64,000 nucleotides of DNA from a virus. The first letter of the stretch is position 1, and every line of letters begins with the position of its first letter. The stretch spans positions 92,270 to 156,269 of IMG/VR virus record IMGVR_UViG_3300048838_001106, one strand, 5' to 3'. Shown here one piece after another: positions 8,915 through 17,731 of the stretch. The position numbers were made by a program, and so were the translations under genes. The notes under the pieces were generated by a model. That model did not search any database, was not told the origin of the DNA, and saw only the letters and a program-made list of their open reading frames with translations.

Positions 8915-9406
8915 TTAGATCTCGTCAGCTGCCTGTAATCCTGCCCAGATACCGTGACGCGCCGCGCCTTCACCCGCTACACCACCTAGCAGACCTGCTA
9001 TTACGTTAGGGCTTAGCGGGATTTTGACATTTCGAATTTTAATTTCGTCTGGAAGATTCCCACGCAGAGCATGTCTGGCGATGGCCGACACCACTTGATC
9101 GGTGCCTTCTCCGGCGACTTCGCCGCCGATTGCAGCCCCAAGTTGGTACTTCAAGTCCAGATCTCTGGTGCCGTACATAGCCCCCAGTCCAGGCGCCATG
9201 CGCGCACCAACGTTAAACGGGGACAGCTTTCTGCCAGTTAGGGCGTGCGCTGCTTCTAGAGGGAACTGCGCATAGAAGCCAGCGGACCGGCCAGCCACAG
9301 CGTCTTCGGTAGCTTTGTCCAAATCAGGGCCGAAAGGCCAGGCGGCTGTTTTTGTTGGGAGGCCCGCGTGCGCCAGCACCAGATTGAACCCTGTATGATA
9401 CGTCAC
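8915..9406 (-). CDS. KxA-leader Gly-rich membrane-type protein
   Basis: Leader YHTGFNLVLAHAGLPTKTAA; GxxxG segments; GTG start with GGAG. Confidence 0.65.
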   Translation of the reverse strand: MTYHTGFNLVLAHAGLPTKTAAWPFGPDLDKATEDAVAGRSAGFYAQFPLEAAHALTGRKLSPFNVGARMAPGLGAMYGTRDLDLKYQLGAAIGGEVAGEGTDQVVSAIARHALRGNLPDEIKIRNVKIPLSPNVIAGLLGGVAGEGAARHGIWAGLQAADEI

Positions 9407-9439
9407 GCCCTTGCTCCGTAGCTGCGGTAAAACATCGCC

Positions 9440-9468
9440 AGCTTACTTGCGTGGGCCTCGTGCGTCAA
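9440..9468 (-). promoter_or_regulatory. sigma70-like promoter for the cargo operon
   Basis: TTGACG-N17-TAAGCT on the - strand. Confidence 0.55.
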
Positions 9469-9534
9469 CGCGTCTGCACATCAATAGAAAACAACCTCAT
9501 ACTGTGGCACAAGAAAGCTCACACGGAGAATCAT

Positions 9535-10257
9535 ATGACGATCGAGGACAATTTAAGAAAAATGTTTGAGACAGTAAACGCGAAGGAGGGACTCAAGCCG
9601 GGTCAATGGATGGAAGAACCCGACTATCTTGTGTTTGAGGCGCACGGATTTACGTGCGCTATTGTTCGTAGAAGCGGCACAGGGCATCTCTGCGGCTACG
9701 TGGTGCTGGACCACGACCACCCATGGGTACGGGAGCAAGATCCTTATGTCAATGTGCACGGCGGACTGACGTGTTTGAAGGAAATGTATTGGAGCGATGG
9801 CAAAACAGTGGCGGGGTTCGACTGCGCACACTCAGGGGATGTGCTGCCGTCAATGTCTAATGGCGGATGGCTGTCGTCTCCTTATGGTGAGTCATACAAA
9901 GACATTACGTATGTGCAACGTCATACAACGTGTCTGGCGCAACAAGCAAGAGACGCCGTACCAGCGCTCTTCTCTATAGAGTCCTCGGACATAGCCGTCG
10001 TCAAAGAAATCACACAGCGCATCGTGAACACAACACAGACAGATGAAGACAATACAGCACACATCAACACACTGCGTGGAGTGACTAACAGAGTCACCGA
10101 GGTCACCGGAGGACGCACAGCGGAGAACATGGTGTTGCGCCAAACGCTAGGGATGCTGGAATGCGCCATCGAAGGACTTGACGCAGACGAGGCAGTCGAC
10201 GCACCTCATTCAGTAGTAGAGTATCTTCAAACGTTCCTGGACGAGATCATGAGTTAG
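9535..10257 (+). CDS. conserved phage hypothetical protein
   Basis: GHLCGYV..HP, VHGGLT, GFDCAH motifs; ATG at 9535 with GGAG. Confidence 0.75.
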   Translation: MTIEDNLRKMFETVNAKEGLKPGQWMEEPDYLVFEAHGFTCAIVRRSGTGHLCGYVVLDHDHPWVREQDPYVNVHGGLTCLKEMYWSDGKTVAGFDCAHSGDVLPSMSNGGWLSSPYGESYKDITYVQRHTTCLAQQARDAVPALFSIESSDIAVVKEITQRIVNTTQTDEDNTAHINTLRGVTNRVTEVTGGRTAENMVLRQTLGMLECAIEGLDADEAVDAPHSVVEYLQTFLDEIMS

Positions 10258-10347
10258 CTTGCTGAGTTTTTTAGCGCACAGCGCATTATTTTGACTTTCG
10301 TGGTAAAAGATTTCCCGTTAATGAACTAGATTTATTGTGAGGGTATT

Positions 10348-10656
10348 ATGTGGATTATGCAGATAGGCATCTTTGTGCTTGGTGCCGCCGCAGGCGCGCT
10401 AATCGTACTGCGACACACGATGCGGATGGAAAGAGAAACAGCAGCTGCCGTGGAGAGGTTGTCAGCCATCGCCAGAGGAGCAATTCGAAGAGCAGACTTT
10501 TATGGGAGAAGCTGGGGGCGCATGGCCAGGAAACTACCTCCCGACGAGTGTATGGCCGAGATGATGACGTACTATGATGACGCGCCACCGGACGTCAGGG
10601 CTGAAATAGACAACGTGCTGTGCAACGCGTGGCCGAGCCGAGAAAAACCGAATTGA
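10348..10656 (+). CDS. hypothetical single-TM protein
   Basis: N-terminal TM helix; GAGGG RBS. Confidence 0.55.
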   Translation: MWIMQIGIFVLGAAAGALIVLRHTMRMERETAAAVERLSAIARGAIRRADFYGRSWGRMARKLPPDECMAEMMTYYDDAPPDVRAEIDNVLCNAWPSREKPN

Positions 10657-11108
10657 TAGAGAAAATATTAGTCATAGTGCTGGCCATGAATGTTCAATGG
10701 GGGTCAGTCGATGTGCCGGCGTTACCAGAAATGACAGTTCAACACACCGGACTAGCCTCATGGTACGGCAGCGGAGTGAAAAACGACTACGGGCTGCACG
10801 GAAGTATAACTGCAACCGGTGAGCCGTTTGATCCGTCAAAAAAAACGTGCGCTATGCGGGCGGCTCCATTGCGTAGAGCCGTGTTGGTAAGGCTGACACG
10901 CACGGGACACAAGACATGGTGCCTTGTTAATGACCGTGGACCTTACGGGGCCTTAGACGATGAGGGCCTGTGGATTACCAAATTTTCTAGAGAGGACCCT
11001 GGAGAGTGGCGCGGCGTTATCGATCTCAGTCGGGCAACTGCCGTGGCTTTAGGGTTTGACTTTCAAAGAGGACTCGAGCAAGTCGAGATTCTATACACGA
11101 CACACTGA
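10653..11108 (+). CDS. rlpA: RlpA-family (DPBB) lytic transglycosylase
   Basis: GLASWYG, TATGEPFD, VNDRGPY, IDLSRATA..LG; N-terminal hydrophobic stretch; start uncertain. Confidence 0.85.
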   Translation: MIEKILVIVLAMNVQWGSVDVPALPEMTVQHTGLASWYGSGVKNDYGLHGSITATGEPFDPSKKTCAMRAAPLRRAVLVRLTRTGHKTWCLVNDRGPYGALDDEGLWITKFSREDPGEWRGVIDLSRATAVALGFDFQRGLEQVEILYTTH

Positions 11109-11115
11109 AACGGCC

Positions 11116-11358
11116 ATGGAGGCTTTAATGGACAGACCTGACCCCGTCGATATCTTCGTTAAGACTTTGCGAGACGCGCGTCTTCTAAAGAAGATGACAC
11201 AGAGAGAAGTGGCCGATCGAATCGGAGTCACCACGCAAACTTTCTCTAACTGGGAAACAGAGTCATCTGTGCCACGATTCGATAACGCGTTGAAATGGGC
11301 TGCCCTTATGGGATATGACGTACGTCTGACTACCAGGAAGCAGCATGACGAACATTGA
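11116..11358 (+). CDS. XRE-family HTH regulator
   Basis: LRDARLLKKMTQREVADRIGVTTQTFSNWETESSVP. Confidence 0.85.
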   Translation: MEALMDRPDPVDIFVKTLRDARLLKKMTQREVADRIGVTTQTFSNWETESSVPRFDNALKWAALMGYDVRLTTRKQHDEH

Positions 11359-11417
11359 CGAGTTGATCAGAGGCAACCGCGTCGCCTATTCACAGTGGGT
11401 GGAAACCAGGAGAAGTC

Positions 11418-11735
11418 ATGCTAACGCTGACAAGGAAAGAAGGGCAGTGTATTATCCTGCATGCCCCGATGGAGACCGTAATAATCACATTGAAAAGCAC
11501 CAGGAGAGGACAGGCACGCCTGGGTGTGCTGGCGCCGAAATACGTCGACATTCATCGCGATGACACTGACGAGTTCCTCCCGCCCAACAGAATCTACACG
11601 TCAATTGAGCACTGCCCGAGGTGCGGTGGCACGCACAGGTCAGTCGAGATAACAGTCCTGAAGCAGAGCTCCTCCAGCGCTGCGCGTCAATTCTTCACCT
11701 CGTGTCCTGAAACCGGACACCCTGTCATCCTATGA
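11418..11735 (+). CDS. csrA: CsrA/RsmA-like RNA-binding protein with C-terminal Zn-ribbon-like extension
   Basis: MLTLTRKEGQCI...ARLGVLAPKYVDIHRDD matches the CsrA pattern; followed by CPRC...CPETG; AGGAG RBS. Confidence 0.8.
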   Translation: MLTLTRKEGQCIILHAPMETVIITLKSTRRGQARLGVLAPKYVDIHRDDTDEFLPPNRIYTSIEHCPRCGGTHRSVEITVLKQSSSSAARQFFTSCPETGHPVIL

Positions 11736-12007
11736 TTGAACACGACACGTCATTTATGGCGCTTTTTCGAGGAAGAGATGCCATCAGGTTTGAGCTTCTA
11801 CTTCTGGAACGTGTAGAGAGAGGAGAAGTTATCGACGCTGTTTTTCGCGGTTGGGTACGCGTGGACGCAGCCCATTCTAAGCTTGAAATAACACGCAAAG
11901 GCAGAGAGCACCTGGCAAAGCTCGCTGATAGAGACGTCGTTGTTGTAACATCAAATAACACGGAGATATCCAATGAAACATCGGTACACCTGGTGCCCGA
12001 ATTGTAA
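11732..12007 (+). CDS. hypothetical protein (winged-helix-like end, ITRKGREHL)
   Basis: ATGA overlap with the csrA-like gene. Confidence 0.5.
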   Translation: MIEHDTSFMALFRGRDAIRFELLLLERVERGEVIDAVFRGWVRVDAAHSKLEITRKGREHLAKLADRDVVVVTSNNTEISNETSVHLVPEL

Positions 12008-12182
12008 GAACTTGACCGCCTATTATGGGATTGAGATTTCGTCGCAAAAAGTCGTCTGCTTCGCATGCGACTTGATACTTGACGAGCAGCCCCCGCTGGT
12101 AGTTTCTCCAAAAGAAGATGCCGCGCTCATGAAGAACGCGGCAGAGAAACTTAAGGAAGAGTTGGAGGAGTACGAGTTTTAA
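11973..12182 (+). CDS. small zinc-finger protein
   Basis: CPNC...CFAC; GGAG RBS. Confidence 0.6.
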   Translation: MKHRYTWCPNCKNLTAYYGIEISSQKVVCFACDLILDEQPPLVVSPKEDAALMKNAAEKLKEELEEYEF

Positions 12183-12904
12183 TTGTAGCTAGGCGGTACG
12201 GCACGCACATTCGTAGTCGTCTGTGTAAGGCCCGTAGCTTCTTCGAATAGAACTTCAGCAAGAACCACAAAGGAGAACACAGGCCCTGCCTCTTCAAGGT
12301 ATACTCCGACGGCAGTCGCCAACTGAGCTTCCGTAAGTGCAACGGCTTCTCCTGTGTCGGCCGCGTCTCCAAAGACGAGCAGCGTCTTCAAAGCACCGTC
12401 GTCATTGACAGCCAACACGTGTGCATAGCGGTCACTGGCGGTTGCCAGGCTTCCAACCATGGCGGCACCATCTTTGTCTAGCTGTGCGGTGAGCGTAGAG
12501 CTCACGGCAGCTTCTACTTCAAAGTAGGCGCCGTCCACGTAGATTTCACCGGCTGCGATGTCGACACGGCGCGTGGCCACGGTAGATGCTGCGGTGGGGT
12601 TTTCGATAGCAAGACCCGAAGCGACGCGGTTTGCGGCCCAGCGAGTAACATCAGCGGTAGCGACCTGAGCCTCTACAGAAGCCGTGTATCGGTCCACAGC
12701 AGTGTTTACCGTAAACAGAGGGTTGCCATCACTGTCAGTGCGAGCACGAAGCTCGTTGAGCTGCTTTTCAAGGCGCATCAAGGTGATGGACTCGATTGTG
12801 AATTGCTTGGTCTCGCCAGCTGGGAGACGCCCTTGGAACTGGCTCCACGGCTCGTGAATACCAGAGTCTGTGGTACCGAGATTTGTAATTGTCAGAAGAG
12901 GCAT
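12179..12904 (-). CDS. putative virion structural protein
   Basis: Ala/Thr/Val-rich, beta-type composition; ATG at 12904 with GGAG; own sigma70-like promoter TTGCCT-N17-TATAAC (12947-12975). Confidence 0.55.
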   Translation of the reverse strand: MPLLTITNLGTTDSGIHEPWSQFQGRLPAGETKQFTIESITLMRLEKQLNELRARTDSDGNPLFTVNTAVDRYTASVEAQVATADVTRWAANRVASGLAIENPTAASTVATRRVDIAAGEIYVDGAYFEVEAAVSSTLTAQLDKDGAAMVGSLATASDRYAHVLAVNDDGALKTLLVFGDAADTGEAVALTEAQLATAVGVYLEEAGPVFSFVVLAEVLFEEATGLTQTTTNVRAVPPSYN

Positions 12905-12981
12905 ATATGAGCTCCGAGTTTGGTCGAACAAGAGTTGTAATGTAACGTTATACCTAGCAGCCCCTGGTTAGGCAAGTCCAG

Positions 12982-13215
12982 ATGACAGATGAAGAAGTGC
13001 AGTTCTTAATTAGCGTTGGGTTCACAGAAGTGGGCCGGACAAACTGTTATGTGTGCGATTCATTACAAACCGGTCGCGTGGTTTACATGGAATACGATCG
13101 CCGACACAAACGCTGGACACTGACCGAGATAGACGAGGCGCGCAATGTCGTTACGCGCACAGAGCGAAGCAACAATGCAGTTGCTCTGTGGCAAGACTTA
13201 CTGTTTAATCCGTGA
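12982..13215 (+). CDS. hypothetical protein
   Basis: 77 aa ORF filling the gap before the helicase. Confidence 0.45.
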   Translation: MTDEEVQFLISVGFTEVGRTNCYVCDSLQTGRVVYMEYDRRHKRWTLTEIDEARNVVTRTERSNNAVALWQDLLFNP

Positions 13216-13261
13216 CAACTTTTTCCGCCGTGCGCGGCATAAACTAACCAAAGGGATAGCC

Positions 13262-14548
13262 ATGCTATCATCACCCGCCGAGGTGTTGAACGAACAACAA
13301 CTCGATGTATTACTGGAATTGGACAAGTTCGCTAAAGCAGACAGCCCGCATAGGGTCTTCGGCCTATTTGGGTACGCAGGCACTGGAAAATCCACAGTGC
13401 TTAGCTTCTTTGGACAGGCAGCGTCTGCCAGGAAACACAGCATAGTGTTCGCAGCGCCCACTCACAAAGCCGTGTCTGTGCTGCAGCACATGGCTGACCC
13501 CGAAGTCATAGCGCCTCAGCACAACAACTTTCAGACAGTGGCTAAGCTGCTGAACATGAAAGCAGTAGTAGATGAAGAAGGGCACCGTCAATTCAGGCCG
13601 GTTGTCGATCGATGGACCGACGCAAGGATATCTAAGTACGACATGGTCATCATTGACGAGTGCTCGATGATCAACAAAGACGTGTACCAGTGGCTCATGG
13701 AAGCCCAGGAGGCATTAGGGTTTCGTATCATCTTCGTAGGAGACCCGCTGCAACTCCCGCCAGTCCGAGAAGAAAACCTAAACAACGGGCGCTCGCTGGC
13801 GTTTGATGTCGAAAAGCAGGTTACGCTGACGCAGGTAGAGAGGTTTTCTGGTGACATCGCAAAAGTCGTGTCTCAGGTGCGGCGATGCATTGGGGAGGGC
13901 GTGGCGCCAGTGTTCAAGAACAGCGAGACCACGATTCGCCATGGCGGGTCATCGTCCTTCCTGCACGCATACCTTGAATATGCGGATACCGGACAGATCA
14001 TCGCATACCGAAACGAGATGGTTGTTAATGCCAACAACTGGGTTAGGAAGAAGATATTCGGAGAAAACGCGCCCGCGTTTGTACCTGGAGAGCGTATCGT
14101 GGCGGCGGACACCACGCTGCACTGGCATGTGCACCAGGAGTTCAAGGTGAGTGACGCCGAGCGCGTCAAGCACGACAAGACAGGATTGATGTGTTGGCGT
14201 CTGAAGTTCGAAGGCAGCTTCATGGAGGTCTACACTATGGACAAGGAGCAGAAACCAGCACTGAAAGCCCGGCTAGATGCCATAAAGGCAGACATCAACA
14301 CCATCAAGACCAACAATCCAAAAGCGTCGGTAGCCGCTAAGTGGGATGAGTTCTACACACTGAAGGACCTGTATCCAGAGTTCAGACCTGGCTACGCGCA
14401 GACTATTCACGCTTCACAGGGGTCTACGTACAAACAGGTCTTTGTGATGGAAAGAGACATTTCCAGGATTAAACGCGACAAGGACTTCTATGGGAAAATG
14501 CTGTACGTTGCGTATTCAAGAGCATCTCAAATGGTCCACGTTTTGTGA
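13262..14548 (+). CDS. Dda/RecD-like SF1B DNA helicase
   Basis: GYAGTGKST, AAPTHKA, IIDECSM, VGDPLQLPPV, LTQVERF, YAQTIHASQGSTY, YVAYSRA. Confidence 0.92.
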   Translation: MLSSPAEVLNEQQLDVLLELDKFAKADSPHRVFGLFGYAGTGKSTVLSFFGQAASARKHSIVFAAPTHKAVSVLQHMADPEVIAPQHNNFQTVAKLLNMKAVVDEEGHRQFRPVVDRWTDARISKYDMVIIDECSMINKDVYQWLMEAQEALGFRIIFVGDPLQLPPVREENLNNGRSLAFDVEKQVTLTQVERFSGDIAKVVSQVRRCIGEGVAPVFKNSETTIRHGGSSSFLHAYLEYADTGQIIAYRNEMVVNANNWVRKKIFGENAPAFVPGERIVAADTTLHWHVHQEFKVSDAERVKHDKTGLMCWRLKFEGSFMEVYTMDKEQKPALKARLDAIKADINTIKTNNPKASVAAKWDEFYTLKDLYPEFRPGYAQTIHASQGSTYKQVFVMERDISRIKRDKDFYGKMLYVAYSRASQMVHVL

Positions 14549-14560
14549 GGAGCAGCGCGA

Positions 14561-15892
14561 ATGGGTGATGACTACACAGTGAACACAGAGAACCTCCGCC
14601 TGGTAAAAATTGAAGCCGTCTACACGTCTTACGCTATTGCGCACCAGAATGACGTGCTGGAAGATGTGATTCCTGATGAATCCTTTTCTGAGCCGAGCTT
14701 TAGGTATGAAGAAGTTAATGCCATGGAACTGCCCATATCCGCAGATCAGGTTGTGTACAGTGACAGCGTGCGTTCCGATCTGAAGTACATCAGCGAACGA
14801 GCCGCAACGCAAGGCGTGCCGGAATTCTGCGATGATGTGAAGGAAGACATTGTATCTGCTCTCCGACTCGAGGCATTCTACATGCACAGCAAGAGATTTA
14901 ACCAAGAGCTACTGCTAGAGCAAGGAGGCACAGTGAATACACGACCGACACTGAAACGAGGAGATGCGGGCACGGCGGTGCAGGACCTGCAGACATACCT
15001 AAACCAGATTGCGCAACACACAGGTGCTCGCGTTGACGGCGCGCCTCTTCGAAAGGATGGTTCATTCGGACCGGCCACAGAGAAAGCGGTGCTGTCGTTT
15101 CAAACGGGCCAGGATCTATACGCGGACGGGGTTGTTGGGCCTGTCACATGGGGCAAAATGGATGAGGTCTGGAGCAGGCACATCAACCCGGTAGCTCAGC
15201 CGGCCAAGGACAAGCCTGAGCCGACTCAAACTGTCGTGCAGTGGCAGACCACGTATAAAGAGGGGTACAACAGGTTCACCCTTCGAACAGACGTGGCTCG
15301 AATCTTCCAAGACAAGATTCTAGACCCGATGAAGAGCGTTGGCGCACTCATGACCTCTTCAGGGTCAAAGAGGGCGCTCACTGCGAAGGTAGGGTCCAAC
15401 AGGAGTGCCACCAGCTTTCACTATCTCCTGACGGCATTTGATCTTTATGTCTACTCGGCGATGGTCGACCCGCACACTGACCCATTTGTGGTTACCGTTG
15501 ACCCAAATAATCCACGGTATTGGGTAGTATGGGCACGCGTGGGAGCCACGGGATCTGGCAGACACAGGACCCTGGACGCGGTGACGTACGAGAAGTCCGG
15601 CGACGCAGATTACCCGCAAAAGATTGTGAAGACAGCAGGGTACTTCCTGAACTTCACAGAACTTTGCGCAGAAGCAGGGTTTAAGCCGATTCCGTGGCGA
15701 CCTGCATTTATGGACCCAAAAACCAAGTCGAATGGTGCTGCAGAGTGGTGGCACTTCCAATACGAGGCCGATTTGGTTCGGGGGGTTACCACATACGGGT
15801 CGCAGTTGTTGCGTGTATACACACAGAAACAGCTGAAGGACACCCCGCCGTGGAAATACCGAGACCTGAAATTTGGCACGCAGTGGAGATGA
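14561..15892 (+). CDS. endolysin: PG_binding_1 domain plus M15-type zinc peptidase
   Basis: LKRGDAGTAVQDLQ..DGSFGPATEKAV..FQ..DGVVGPVTW; SFH.....FD and EWWHF; second strong in-frame start GTG at 14933. Confidence 0.85.
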   Translation: MGDDYTVNTENLRLVKIEAVYTSYAIAHQNDVLEDVIPDESFSEPSFRYEEVNAMELPISADQVVYSDSVRSDLKYISERAATQGVPEFCDDVKEDIVSALRLEAFYMHSKRFNQELLLEQGGTVNTRPTLKRGDAGTAVQDLQTYLNQIAQHTGARVDGAPLRKDGSFGPATEKAVLSFQTGQDLYADGVVGPVTWGKMDEVWSRHINPVAQPAKDKPEPTQTVVQWQTTYKEGYNRFTLRTDVARIFQDKILDPMKSVGALMTSSGSKRALTAKVGSNRSATSFHYLLTAFDLYVYSAMVDPHTDPFVVTVDPNNPRYWVVWARVGATGSGRHRTLDAVTYEKSGDADYPQKIVKTAGYFLNFTELCAEAGFKPIPWRPAFMDPKTKSNGAAEWWHFQYEADLVRGVTTYGSQLLRVYTQKQLKDTPPWKYRDLKFGTQWR

Positions 15893-15971
15893 TATTTGTG
15901 CGCACCGTGCGCATTTTTCTTATTTGAATGTGCCTGTAGTTGTGGCATGGTCAATCACCTAATTAGCGGAG

Positions 15972-16277
15972 GTGATTGTGGCTACGGACATAACAGAACA
16001 ACAAAACAATACGGGAGGAGACAAAGAAGAGGAGTGCACGGTCCTTTCAAAAGAGGAACTCCTTGCGCACATGGAAGCCGCGGAGAACGCACCGGAAATG
16101 AAAGTGCTGAAGGAAATCACCAAGGAGTACCTGGAGAGACGAGAGAAGGAAGCCAGGATTGATCGTATCATGACGTTGTATGCCAACGGCATGCCAATGA
16201 CAGTTGATGACTGGAACACAGTAAGGGCCTCAGTCGGCTTGTCTGCGTTACCACCACTTGAAGCGTCCAAGACGTAA
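15972..16277 (+). CDS. hypothetical protein
   Basis: 101 aa ORF; start uncertain. Confidence 0.5.
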   Translation: MIVATDITEQQNNTGGDKEEECTVLSKEELLAHMEAAENAPEMKVLKEITKEYLERREKEARIDRIMTLYANGMPMTVDDWNTVRASVGLSALPPLEASKT

Positions 16278-16290
16278 AAAGGAGAAGACA

Positions 16291-16683
16291 ATGAGTGAAG
16301 AAACAACGGAAACAACGGAAACAACACCCAACGATGGCGCATCTGAAGCAGTTGCTGAGACGTCTGAGACAAAAACACGAGCGAAGCGAGGAGCTAACAC
16401 AGAGCTCAAGTTTGCCGTGACTGTGAGCGCCAATGGCACGGACTACATCATGGTTCCTCCTCAGGCTGACCACGAATCGATGACCGAAGTGCGTGCGGCA
16501 CTAAAGGAATACGCTGAGTCGAACGGTAACGCGGCTCAGGAGTTTTACAACAGTATTGTGGATTTGTTGCCGCACGAAAACAGTGAAGAGATGTCTCTTC
16601 ACTTCGCCGTGGTACGGTATTTGGGGCGGTACGTGGTCAAGACAGAAACTATTCGAACAACTACACTCGCCGAAGTCAAATGA
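16291..16683 (+). CDS. hypothetical protein
   Basis: ATG at 16291 with AAGGAG. Confidence 0.65.
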   Translation: MSEETTETTETTPNDGASEAVAETSETKTRAKRGANTELKFAVTVSANGTDYIMVPPQADHESMTEVRAALKEYAESNGNAAQEFYNSIVDLLPHENSEEMSLHFAVVRYLGRYVVKTETIRTTTLAEVK

Positions 16684-17221
16684 CCTGACTGTTCTCGGCC
16701 AACGAGTGCACAGTGTCTTTCATTTCGTTTAGCGTGTCCTTGTACAGGTCACGCTCTTTTTTTACCTCTTGCAGCTCTGCGGTCAAGATCTTGTTGTGCT
16801 CTTGCAGCATTTCAATCTCTAACTGCAGGCTAGCATTGTGAGTTGTCAGTCTCTCTATTTCACGATCTTGAAACGCGTCGTGACCGGCGAGTCTTGAGTT
16901 CTCCACTTGAAGACTTGCTATGGATGCGTGCATGCGAGCCATGGTCTCTTCTAATGAGGACACGCGCGCCGCAAAAAGAGATGACATGGCTATGCGCTCG
17001 CTACTCTCTGTCTGCACGGTCAAAAGAGTCGAAGAGTGCGTGTTGGCATCTCTTGTCTTCTTCCAGTCAGACACACGCTGAAACACCACAACCAACAAGG
17101 CCGTAACGCCGGAGACTATACTGGAGAGTACGACGGGGTTGTTAGTAAGTTCATCCATTGGCGCATAACTCTTTACTGCAGTGTACATTTTGGGCTCCTT
17201 AGAGTTCCAGTGTGTCGTCAC
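16676..17221 (-). CDS. single-TM coiled-coil protein (lysis-associated?)
   Basis: TM VVLSSIVSGVTALLVVVF followed by a long heptad coiled coil; start uncertain. Confidence 0.55.
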   Translation of the reverse strand: MTTHWNSKEPKMYTAVKSYAPMDELTNNPVVLSSIVSGVTALLVVVFQRVSDWKKTRDANTHSSTLLTVQTESSERIAMSSLFAARVSSLEETMARMHASIASLQVENSRLAGHDAFQDREIERLTTHNASLQLEIEMLQEHNKILTAELQEVKKERDLYKDTLNEMKDTVHSLAENSQVI

Positions 17222-17558
17222 CAGAGGTGTCTGGGGAGCGTACGCGTTTAACGTTTGTCTCCCACACCGCGTAGATGTTCGTACTGAGAGACCCCATCAG
17301 TATACCCGCCATGATACGTATCCCAAGGTCGAACTCAACGGGTGTAATGCTCGGTCCGATAAGCGGTGATGTACACGCGCCCAAAAACGGAGGTAGCAAA
17401 GGCAGAGACCGGTAGTACCACGAAGCCTTGTCCACAGCGGTATTTTTTAGCGCGGACTTGATAGCGGTCATAACGCCGTTTATGGCCCCAGCTATGATTC
17501 CAAATGCCACGATTGCGGGTATCCAGGCATCCAGACTTGTAATGGTTTCAGCCGGCAT
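17199..17558 (-). CDS. putative holin
   Basis: 119 aa, three hydrophobic segments, charged C-terminus, close to the endolysin. Confidence 0.55.
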   Translation of the reverse strand: MPAETITSLDAWIPAIVAFGIIAGAINGVMTAIKSALKNTAVDKASWYYRSLPLLPPFLGACTSPLIGPSITPVEFDLGIRIMAGILMGSLSTNIYAVWETNVKRVRSPDTSGDDTLEL

Positions 17559-17731
17559 AAATCACCTTTGCATGTGCTGTCATTGTATCTCAAAACACAT
17601 ACTTATCAACGCTTGAAATCACTAAGGTTAGAATGCGCCGCTATACGCGCACAAAATTATTAAAGCACTGCTACTCAACACGCACGCGAGCAATATGGGT
17701 AGCTCTAGCTTCGCTGCGTATTCTCAAATTG

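Noticed and set aside
11345-11563. 72-aa ORF overlapping csrA
   Set aside because: Mostly overlaps the better-supported CsrA frame; it cannot be fully excluded.
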